Of a DNA stretch of 64,000 nucleotides, positions 1-12,267 are shown piece after piece. Position 1 is the stretch's first letter, and the number at the start of each line of letters is the position of its first letter. The notes below the pieces were generated by a model, which did not search any database, was not told the origin of the DNA, and saw nothing but the letters and a program-made list of their open reading frames with translations. The DNA is from Magallana gigas (Eukaryota), in NCBI RefSeq assembly GCF_963853765.1, contig NC_088854.1:186001-250000 (forward strand), written 5' to 3'. The translations under genes were made by a program, and so were the position numbers.

Positions 1-15
1 AAGAATAAACTATAC

Positions 16-3000
16 CTGTACATCTTTGACCTTTGGATGCTTGTAAATCAACTGTTCTATTTCAGTTGGATAAACATTTTCCCCACCTCTGATGATCATA
101 TCTTTAATCCTACCAACAATTTTACAGAAACCATCTTCGTCCATCTGTGCAATATCTCTAAAAAAAAAAATAAGACAATAAACACTGCACAGAGAATACT
201 TCACTGTTATCAGTAGCTATGGTTTGTTACAATGCTGACTCATTCCTGACATAAAAACAGTGTTCACTGTTCAAAATCAAAAGTTCAAAGAAAAAAAAAT
301 ACAAAACATGAGCTGAGCAAACATGGACCTCTAAAAATATTTGAGGTAGGATCAGGTGCCATGGTGGAATGAGCATCCTTTGCTGACTGGTCACACCCGT
401 GCTCTCATTTGTAATCGGGAAAAACGCAAAAATCTGTGGACAACTAGATGATTAATTAAGGGAGCCATCTATTTTTGAGTCTGTATGTTCAAGGAAGATT
501 TAAGCAATAAAATATTTTCTTTGCATTGAAGACACAGTACAGAATTATTCAAATTGTTTGCATAATCTTATTGTATGAATGATCTGTGAATAAGTCATCA
601 GGCATACCCTGTATGAACCATCTGTTAATATGTCTTATAAATACCATGTAAGAACCACCTATTTACAGGTCAAATACTCTGTATTGATCGACAAGACTAA
701 GTCTAAAGACCCCTTGACCTACCCTGTATGGTACCATCTATCTAAGCTGATTGCTTCTTTTGTTTTGGTTGGTTCATCCCAGTAATAAAGCATTGTGTTG
801 TATCCCCGAGTACACAGCTCACCAGGAGTACCTATAGGACAGATCTCCCCATTCTCTGCTATCACTTTACACTGACAACAAATCACACAACAAAACATGT
901 CATTCTCTCTCAAAACTTTTCTCAAAAAAAAATATTCTAATCTAATTAAGTTGTAGTAATGCTGAATACATTGGAACAGAAGTTTTGTAAACAATAAATA
1001 TTTTGAGGCTCTCAGAATGAATAACAGTATTATCTATATCAATAAAAAGCAAAATGCTCACCTCAACATGACTGTGAGGTTTACCAACAGTGGCAACCCG
1101 TTTTTCTGCAGGATCTGTTGGGAAGCTCTGATGTGTAACTGGACTTGCCTCTGTCATCCCATAGCATACCTAAACCAAATAGAGGACATATTTCTCTCAA
1201 ATGAAGCGTTAATGTAATGTAAGAGCTAAATCTTGGTTTCAAAAACCCCTAATTATTTTTTTAAATCATTCAAATGAGAAAACATATTCTCAATGCTTTG
1301 GATTTCAGCATGTCTACTTTAAAACACTAAGATCCTCTAGTATGATTTGTATTGCAATACATGTATGAATTCAAATAACATAAATTTGCCAATATAAAAA
1401 ATTAATTTTTCATTTCAAACTGCCATGATACTCTAGTAAACATGGCTCTAGTAATTGCTTGTTAAGTAGAGGGTGAGGCCCAAGAGCGTTTTGAATAACC
1501 TTCCTGACACTTCAAACTCTATTTGTGGCTTTTAAGAGTCAACTTTGATTCACTAAAGCTGCTATCTTTAGTTTTTAATTATGCAAGCCTTTAAACAGCA
1601 TTGTAAAATACAATGTATTTCATAAATTATTTCCTAAAAAATTATTTTGATTCAGTTCTTGAAATTGAATACAATAAACAAATAACCCATATAATTAATC
1701 TAAAGTTTTGGAAAAAAATTAGCAATAATTAATAAATCTTAGAACAGCATATCATTGTTTGTGCATTTAGATACCTTTAAATGATTTCTTTTGAAAAATT
1801 AGCATTTCTATTCAGTCTGTTCAATTTAACTTGAACATACCGTGACTCGGTCCATGTTCATCCGACTGATGACCTGCTTCAGTGTTTCGATGGGACAAGG
1901 TGACCCGGCCATGACCCCAGTGTACAGAGAGGAAAGGTCAAAGGAGTCAAAATCATGGTGATTGAGCATGTCAATAAACATCGTGGGAACTCCATACATT
2001 GAGGTACATCTGTGTGTCAAAACCAACTTTAAAATTCAGTCTTAACTTCAGCTATCAACTCAATTATCAATTCTGTATAATATCAATTGTACAATGTATC
2101 GTTGTGTACCATTGAGGTGGTATGGGAGACCTCCATGTTGTGACATACTTCCTATCAAAATAAACAGTAAAATCAAGTAAAATTTTATCTTTCCCAAAAT
2201 TGTTACTCTACAGCGGTGTAATAGGCTAAAGAGTGATAACTACAAATCTGTAAGTCATGGAGTTCAAATCTCGCTGGGCCTTTTTTTAATTTTTTCTTTT
2301 CAAAATCTTTAAGTCTCATTTTTGGAGGTCTAATATTGTAAAATTCAAAACTCTTAACAAATGAAATTATTTTGATAATTATTATAATGTACTTTCATCC
2401 ACATTAATATTAACAAGTGTCCCATACCACCTTAATGTTTGTCTTTAATTAAGCAATGGTTTCTGAAAAAAATGAAAAACAATGTCATCCAAAAAGAAAA
2501 GAAACCATGCAAAACTGACCTTTCTTGTGCTGCAGCTTTTAGGGTTTTTCCGGCATCAAAGGTAGAAGATGGATACACACAGGTTGCGCCAGCTGTCACA
2601 GTACAAAGACTGCCTAATACCATCCCAAAACAGTGGTACAGGGGAACAGGGATACAGATAGGGGTCTTCTGAAACACAACACCAAACAACAAATATATCA
2701 GACAAGGGTACAGACACTGGTCTTCTGAAACACAGCATCAACAAACAAATACATCAGACAGGGTAACCAATACTGGTCTCCAGAAACACAGCACCAATCA
2801 ACAAATATATCAGACAGGGTTACCAATACTGGTCTCCAGAAACATAGCACTAATCAACAAATATATCAGACAGGGTTACCAATACTGGTCTCCAGAAACA
2901 CAGCACCAATCAACAAATATATCAGACAGGGATACCAATACTGGTCTTCAGAAACACAGCATCAACAAACAAATACATCAGACAGGGATACCAATACTGG

Positions 3001-6000
3001 TTTCAAGAGAAACAGCACCAATCAACAAATATATCAGACAAGGATACAAATAGTGGTCTCCAGAAACACAGCACCAACCAACAAATATATCAGACAGGGA
3101 TACAGATAGTAGTCTTCTGAAACACAGCATCAACCAACAAATACATCAGACAGGGGTACAGAAAAACACAGCACCAATCAACAAATACATCAGACAGGGA
3201 TACCAATACTGGTCTCCAGAAACACAGCACCAACCAACAAATACATCAGACAGGGTTACCAATACTGGTTTCCAGAAACACAGCACCAATCAACAAATAT
3301 ATCAGACAGGGATACCAATACTGGTCTTCAGAAACACAGCACCACACAACAAATACATCAGACAGGGGCACAGAAAAACACAGCACCAACCAACAAATAC
3401 ATCAGACAGGGATACCAATACTGGTCTCCAGAAACACAGCAACAATCAACAAATACATCAGACAGGGATACCAATACTGGTCTCCAGAAACACAGCACCA
3501 ACCAACAAATACATCAGACAGGGATACCAATACTGGTCTCCAGAAACACAGCACCAACCAACAAATACATCAGACAGGAATACCAATACTGGTCTCCAGA
3601 AACACAGCACCAACCAACAAATATATCAGACAGGGATACCAATTCTGGTCTCCAGAAACACAGCACCAATCAACAAATATATCAGACAGGGATACAGAAA
3701 AACACAGCACCAATCAACAAATATATCAGACAGGGATACAGACACTGGTCCTGGTCTTTTGAAACTGTTACAATTTTAAAACACACTATCATTTTACAAA
3801 TATTCAATACAGGGACATAGACACTGGGGTAAAACAGAACACTTATCGATAAATATCTTTCAAATACTGAGGTCAAACATGGCAGCTATCACCAAATATC
3901 TATCAATTACTGGGGTAAAATAGATTTTTTATCAATAAATATATCAATTACTGACTCAGAGGTTTAATATAGATCATATCAAGAAATATCTATCAGATAC
4001 GAAGGTAAAAATAGCACCTATCAAAAAATATAACAAATACTTAGGTAAAAATAAATAACACTGCAGCATGTATATGTAGATGTGTATGTAGATACATACG
4101 TTGGTATGGTAATTCAGACGCTGTGCTACAAAATAACTGTTGTTGACAATGTTGTGATGAGAGAGAGTGACTCCTTTAGGGTTTCCTGTTGTTCCCTGTC
4201 AATAAAAATAAATTAAAGTCTTCATGCATTACCTTTATTTGAATGTACTGTATATATATATAATATCAATGATATAAGTGGAATGTGTACATGTACCAAT
4301 ATATTCAGTCTCTTGATATTGTTGTAAATAACTTTTAATAAGTGACATTATCAACGACGAATGTGCCCAATTGTTTGGTATCGATATGTGGTTACTTAAG
4401 GTGCCTGGGTAGCCAACAAATAATCATCATATCTGCCTTAAATTTTCAAAAATGATTTTAAAACTATAAACTTTTTATTTTGTAAGAAAAATATTTCCAT
4501 ATATAATACCTTTTAAATTTTAGTACTTTCCTATATTTTTATATAGAGCTCTTCACCTATAGGAGATCAATATAAAAGTCTAAAAATGGCCATGACTATT
4601 GAGTCCTCCTAATCATGTAAAATGGATATTGATTGGTTATTTGAGATACAGGCAAACTTACTGATGTGAACTGGATGTTAATTGGTTCATCAAACTGAAG
4701 CCTATTCTGAAGATTTTGAATTTCTGTTCGATCTTTTGTAGTTCCTGCCTTCATGATGTCATTAAAATTTATTGTTCCCCTGTAAGTTTTACAAGTAATA
4801 TTTATCATTTTTTATATTTAAGAACAAATAGCACAACGTATGAAAAGAATCCAGAAGTTAATTTTACCACAAATTGTACTGTAAGTATTTATTATATGGA
4901 GAAGGCTTATATACTATTAAGCAATGCATTCTGTCTAATCCAGCTATGCTTACTGATATGCTCAAATCAAATTAAGAACATAATTCTGTTTGTGTGGTCT
5001 GTAATAACAATGCAAAATGTAATAGACCACCAACATTACATTTATGCTTATTAATCATATCTTGTGTTGGTATCATTGCGAAATATATAAATGTGAAATG
5101 TACGTAATAAAGATTAATTCCAACTATTAAACTTTGCAATATTTGAACACACATTGAAATCAATGTTGAATGTTACAATGCCAAATGTAATAAAGTCAAA
5201 TGCAAACATGAAACTTTCATAACTTCAATGTTAAAAAGAATGCAAAATGTAGTTAACCTAATTGTAACTAGACAACATTGAGATGGTTAGCATCTCAAAG
5301 AGACCTGCTTAAATAATGGACAATAGGATGAAAAGAATTTTGCTTTGACCTTGAACTATAACTTAGAAATTTTCCACCTTGCATAAAACTTTTAATTCAA
5401 TTTCAATTATCCCATACAGGCATTTCTGTTCAACCTGAGCAAGATAAAGCAAATGGGAAATAATCTATGGTCTTAAACAGATTATAAAGAGATCTTGGTT
5501 CAAATTATAGTCACTGCACACCATTAACCCAAAAGCTCTATTAATGTGAAGTAGGAGCAAAATAGGGCCAAGTGGAGACTAATTTATTTACTGTGGAATC
5601 ATTAGAACATGTGGTGGCTAAGTTTTCGTGGTATTCGTGGGTAGCTCTCAATCTAATTAAATTAGACTTGTAATTCTGCTCCGTATAGAGGGAGCGGAAT
5701 TACAACTCTAATTTTAATTAGATTGGGGTAGCTCTCCCCCACAAATTGACATCCTCGACGAAAACAATTTTTAAAAGGTTAGTTTTCTTATTGAAACTGA
5801 AAACCAACGCATTCATGAATTAACATCCCCACGAATAGGTGAAAATTGGTCCCCACAAATTTAAATGATTCCACAGTATATGCTCTGTAAAAAAGAATTT
5901 AGTGTGATCCAATATGACCTTAACACTTGACCTTCAAACATCATTCAATGTCACCCTTTGATTATAGGCACTCTGTGAGTGAAGTTTTAGCCAGACTGGA

Positions 6001-9000
6001 TCAAGGGGAGAGAAGAAATGCTCCGGACATGGATTTTTCATATAATTCTGCTTTGACCCTCAGCTTTCACCTAGAAACATGGTTCAATGACAATGCACAC
6101 CCTTTAACCAAGGCACTCTGGGGGTGAAATATGAGCCAGATTGGGCCAAGGGGAGAGAAGATGCTCCAGACATGAGACAGACAGACAGATGGTAGGATGG
6201 ATTTATGAAAGGATAGATGGAAGGATGTCAGATGGATGGACAGACAGACTAACCACTATAGGGTGCTCAAAATAAATATTTGAAGTAGTATTCCTTGTCT
6301 TATGCTAGGAATGAATTTTTGATAAATTGGTGTCTGGTTGAGGGGAAATCAATTAATATCATCTTCTTAGCATTACATTTACTAGATATAACAGACCTCA
6401 AGTATTATGTCTAATTAATGATTTCACTATTCTAACTCCCAGTGTAACAACTATTGCCCAAAGGTGAATACTGAATAATTTTGACTGTTTATTGGAAGAT
6501 TTTAATAAGGTGTTCTAGTAACTTTACTATAAGACAATTTTGCATTACCTAATTATCATCCAATAAATGTAAAGTTTGATTGATTTATCAATGTTTTAAA
6601 GATGTATGAGATGTAATGTTTTTATCTTGAGATTAATAAGGATTATTTAATACACTTGATTGGTTATCTGGATTTTCTTCAGGTTCTTTAGTTCACACAG
6701 TCTCGATATGGTTTATTTCACATCAAGGAGACTATAACTTACATATGTGATTTATTTCCCATCATGATTATGTGTTTCAGTTCAGGAAGGCTGAAATAGA
6801 AAAAAGAATCACATGAATGAATTGATATTAAAAACTAAAATCATTCAGGTACAAACATTTTTAAAAGTTGAACAAAGAAACAATCTTGAGATGTTTAATT
6901 CACTCCTGTTTTGAAGGATTGTATGAAATCCACTCTACTTTTCAACAAATAAACGCACAGATAAAAAATAAACATTTGAAAAAAAAAATTAATAATAACA
7001 CATTAAATAACTCATGAAACAAATAGAATTGATAAATAACAATAGAAGAAAAACCTTATAAAATAAATAGATACATGTGATTGTACTGATATGCAAAAGA
7101 AGAAGCCTTCACATGTTTGACAGAGCAATAAAACATGATTCCTAAAGTAACTAGCATCACAAAATTATTTTGATTTTTCAACAACAACAAATTTAATCCT
7201 TAAATAAAGCAAAGCTAGAATTTAGACAACTTCAATAAAGCCTCACAAATCAGACACAGGCAGAATGTATTAAGACCTCTTGACATATTTTAACAGTTTT
7301 TAATTTATATCTTAACTGGAAGTTATTTTAATCACACATCACATACCATACTAGCATACCTGCCCCTGTGGGGAAGAGCTTTCAAGTTTGTTCAAATAAA
7401 GGGCTTGGTCCTCTTCAAAGGGGAGATAATCAAGAAAATTAATAGTGAATTTATGGTTGAATGTTTTAAAAGACCTTCTCCAGAAGACTTGGCCAATTTC
7501 AACCAACTAAGTACCTAATACCATAGTTGTTTAGACCCCTTTACATACCCTTATCTTAACAAAGTTGTTTAGACCCTTTTATATCACTCTTTACATGTAT
7601 ATTAATTATGATTTATTTTTATGGCTGCATATTTAGACAGTGTTGCTTGGCTAGCTGATTACTGATCTACTGGAATTATAATCCACAAATCCACGAATCA
7701 AGATCCTTTACATTCGCGTACTGACGCGTAGTAAGTGTTAAGAAGTAGTGAAACATATGAAAGCAAATAGAATGACATTATCTGATAAAAACGAAGAACA
7801 GAATTTTTAATATTTAGCAACAACTAAGTATTGAGCAGGATCTTATGGTTTCAGCAGCTCAGCTTATATGCAGTATATTTTATACATTTTAATTCATACC
7901 AAATGGCAATGGTTTATTAAATATTTACATCTACCAAGTATTATTCCCTCTATTTCTTACGGAAACTTACAGTTAATTCATAGTTCTAAAGAAACAGTCA
8001 GACTGAAATCTACACGCCCCGTTTATCGATTGGTCCAAATTTACAGCGGCTAAAGCTGACAAGAAACTGACAGGACTGAATTCGAAATTGACATGCCCTG
8101 TTTATCAATTGGTTGAAACCTACAGTGACCTCAGGAAAATCACAAACTGCACGAAAAAATCATGATGATGTCTGACTCAAAGTCTCACAGGAATTTGGCT
8201 GTTTCTTTTAGCTAACCTTCTTACGTACATTAACAGTAATTTAGTGAATTTTACTTTCATAATCAAATTATCAATTAGCTAAATGAAAGACATTAGTATA
8301 AACAATAAAATCATTTCTTTGATGATTCATGCGAGTTATGAAGGTAGCGATCATTGCAGAAAAAAATTACAGAAAAAAACCCGATATATGTAACACAATC
8401 TGGCTGTGTTCTGAACGGTAGCTCTTAGTTTTTATAAAGGGAGATAATTCACATGATATAAGAAAAAAATCTAGTCTTGCTTGTTAAATTGCATTTTATT
8501 TTCCTCTAAGTACATCGTTTTAATTGTGGATTTGTACATCTAAATATATCACTCAAATTTAGGGATTCCATTTGATTAATTAATTCAGACCGGGCTTTGG
8601 GATTATTCAAGTTTTTATAAATCATAGTATCTAAGTTTTTATCCATAACTATATTGAAGTCACCACCCATAATAATGAAGTGGTTATTTGATACTGTTTC
8701 AATTTTTTTAAAATTATGCAACATGTGTAATTTCTGCTGTGCTTGCCCCAATTGTCACAAGGAAAAAATATTACTCAGGGTCTAAAGCATGCTAAATTAT
8801 GAAAAAAAATTACAATGATAAGAAAATGTCATTAAAATACAAACGTTGTCATGCACATTGATAATGGAATCCAGAATGAATACTTATAATAGAGTAAAAT
8901 GCAAACTTTAATGCAGATTTAGAAAATATATAAATCTATCATAAAAGTTAAAGTTGTGTAGTTTTGACATTATTACCATGGAATTCCTTTCAGGTCTGTA

Positions 9001-12000
9001 CAGCATGGAAAATTTAACATCAATATAAAATGGATAGAATAACAAGAAGGAATAAACATTTTTATTGCTTATAAATGGTCAACTTCCTGTTTGTGCCAAA
9101 TTGTAGTAATAATCAATGAATCATTAAACATTTGTAAGTTGTATTAGAACAAGAGGCCAATTGGCCTTAACAGTCACCTGAGTAGCATATATTAACCTAT
9201 ACACAAACTTGTCGAGGAGTCTCATATATGCATTTAATTATTAGGTTTCATTCTGGAGGGTTAGATAAATTTGTAATGACGACCACCTCCCTGCCTGGAA
9301 TCTTTCAAAAAGAACTTTGAAACCTATAATTTTGGCGAAACACTTAAAGATCTGGTCTACAAAATCATGAATTCAGTTTTCCTTTCAGGTGTGTGGGAGT
9401 AAAGAAGATAATTTTTTTAACATTATATGCAGAAACACCTATATATCTATTTTGGCCCTGGCCTAGAGTCAAAACCCATACTCCAGAGGACAGGAAATTA
9501 AAATTTCAGTAGAGGACTTCCTGGTAAACATAATTTTAGTCAGTTTTTAATACAGATGTGTGAGAATAGAGAATAAAATTTTTAAACATTATATGCATTA
9601 ACACTATATTGCCATATTGCCCCCTCCCCCCCCCCCCATGTCATGAACCCCTGACCCAGGGGCCATGAATTTCACAATTTAGGTAGACGAGTTAGTGGAC
9701 ATCATAACCATGTATTCAGTTTTTTGCCAACATGTGTGGGAGTAGAGAAGAAGATTCTTAAAATTTAAAACATTTTTACGATACGGCCATATTGGCCCCA
9801 CCCTAGAGCCTTAACCCTTAACAAATGGGTCATGAATTTCACCATTTTGGTAGAGTGCTTCATGGACATTATATTAATCAGGCATTTAGTTTTTAACAAA
9901 TATAAATGGGAGAAGAGAAGAAGATTTTCTAAGATTTAATACATTTTAACTATATGGCTATATTGCCCCCCCCCCCCCTCGAGCCTGAACCCCTGACCCA
10001 GGGGTCATGAATTTCACAATTTTGGTAGAGGGCCTCATGGACATCATAACAAGGCATTTAGTTTTTAACAAATATATCTGGGAGTAGAGAAGATCTTCTA
10101 AGATTTAATACATTTTTATTATATGGCCACATTGGCCCCACCCTAGAACCTGAACCCCTGACCCAGGGGTCATGAATTTCACAATTTTGGTAGAGGGCCT
10201 CATGGACATCATAATCATGCATTTAGTTTTGAACAAATATATCTGGGAGTAGAGAAGATTTTCTAAGATTAAATACATTTTTATTATATTGTCATATTGG
10301 CCCCAACCTAGAGCCTGATCCCCTGACCCAGGGGTCATGAATTTCACAATTTTGGTAGACTGCTTCATGGTCATCATAATCATGCATTTAGTTTTTAACA
10401 AATATATATGGTAGAAGAAAAGAAGATTTTCTAAGATTTAATACATTTTTATTATATGGCCTATTGGCCCCACCCTAGAGCCAGAACCCCTGACCCAGGG
10501 GCCATGAATTTCATAATTTTGGTAGAGGGCTTGATGGACATCATAACTATGCAACCAGTTTTTTCCTCACATGTGTGGGAGTAGCAAAGAAGATTTTTGA
10601 AAATTTGGCTTTTTTTTTGCATATTAGGCCCCACATGTGGCGCCCTGGGGGTGGTAGAGCCATGAATTTTATAATTTAGATTCCTCTTACCATAAAGATG
10701 CCTCACACCAAAATGGTAACAATCAGCCTTGTAGTTTTTAAGAAGTTAAAAATGTAAATTGTTAACGCACGACGCACGATGCACCACGACGGACAAAAAC
10801 GGATAGCAATAGGTCACCTGAGTTTACTGCATTTGCTGACTTAATGTTACAAGGTTGTTAACTTGCAGGTGACTTTAGATGTGTGCTGAATTAATTTTAC
10901 AAGGTTGTTAACTTTTATGTGATTTTGATTTGTGCTGACTTAATTTGACGAGGTTGTTAACTTACAGATGACTTTGGATGTGTGCTGATTTGGTGTTAGC
11001 TAATTCTGGCACTAAGTGGAACAGCATTTCATAGTAGTTTTGACCTTTGAACTCTTCAGCTGCTATTAAGACCTTACAGCCAACCTATATACAAACAAAA
11101 CATTTATTCAATTTAGTAAAAATCCATGCATATTAAAAATAAAAAAGAAATGAATCACAGGGATATGAACTTGGTTGGTCATGAGATCAAATCCTGTTAA
11201 GCCTGAAGGGCTTTTCAAAGAAATCAATTGCAGGCCATTCTCTTGGTGAGCTTTTACCATTGTAAATCAATATATCACCATATCCCTTTTTAGCTTCTAT
11301 CATTATGGCTATGGGATGAATAAACAATGATTTCTCGTTGAGGTAGAATAACCCACCTGGAAAAAGTCAATCAAATTAAAATTAAATTATTTGATTATGA
11401 AAGATTTAATCATAAATAAACTGTACATACGTCAAATAAGCAAAAATTTCCTGTTTGGGGATAAAAAAATGAATATCTAAAAAAATCAATTCAGTAAGTA
11501 ACAACAAAATCCCCTTCGGAATTCAAACTCGGGATGTACGGATCACAAGTCTGACACTTTATCCACTCAGCTATGGAGTAAGTGACATGTTATTGTCGAT
11601 AAAATCCTATTTCTAAAACAAAATGTCGTTTCGATCAGAGGTCAGCCATTTTGTGATGATGCATTATTGTTATTCCACCTTAATAGCTGATTTGAGATTC
11701 CTTGATTTATAAAATAATGCAAAAGNNNNNNNNNNNNNNNNNNNNNNNNNNNNNNNNNNNNNNNNNNNNNNNNNNNNNNNNNNNNNNNNNNNNNNNNNNN
11801 NNNNNNNNNNNNNNNNNNNNNNNNNNNNNNNNNNNNNNNNNNNNNNNNNNNNNAACCCACATTTCATAGTTTAAACAACATCAAGTAACATGTTATCTTA
11901 CCATAACTTTGTCTCACTTTATTCAGTGTTAAGTTCAGAGCTTCTAATAAAATCCTAACTTTTTTTTACTTTATTCAGTGTAATGCCTTGAATGTATAAT

Positions 12001-12186
12001 CCCAACACTGTCTTACTTTTTCCAGGGCATTGGTGTCTATATATACTGCTAACAATGTCTTACTTTATTCAGTGTGAACTCCACTTCTTCTGGTCTGTAC
12101 TGTGGATTAATGTTAGCCTGTGTTGGAAAAAAGATCAAATATATATGACAAGATAGTAGCAGTTTAAGGCATCAAAGTCAGAGTGC

Positions 12187-12267
<81 letters not shown>

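Larger units (their letters stand above)
5266..6272 (+). mobile_element. Non-autonomous Helentron/HINE-like element with internal tandem subunits (copy B ~49483-50485)
   Basis: Starts AACTAGA with hairpin TTGAGATG-GTTAG-CATCTCAA. Repeated AAGGGGAGAGAAGA(A)ATGCTCC subunits. GACA/GGAT microsatellite near the 3' end, as in bivalve HINEs. Confidence 0.55.

Noticed and set aside
10105-10706. ORFs [10 protein letters not shown]...GSGVQ (also 54772-55059)
   Set aside because: Translations of satellite monomers.
11505-11590. tRNA genes (also 2205-2290, 15171-15240, 22700-23240)
   Set aside because: A/B-box-like motifs are present, but no complete acceptor, anticodon and T stems could be built. Treated as tRNA-derived repeats.
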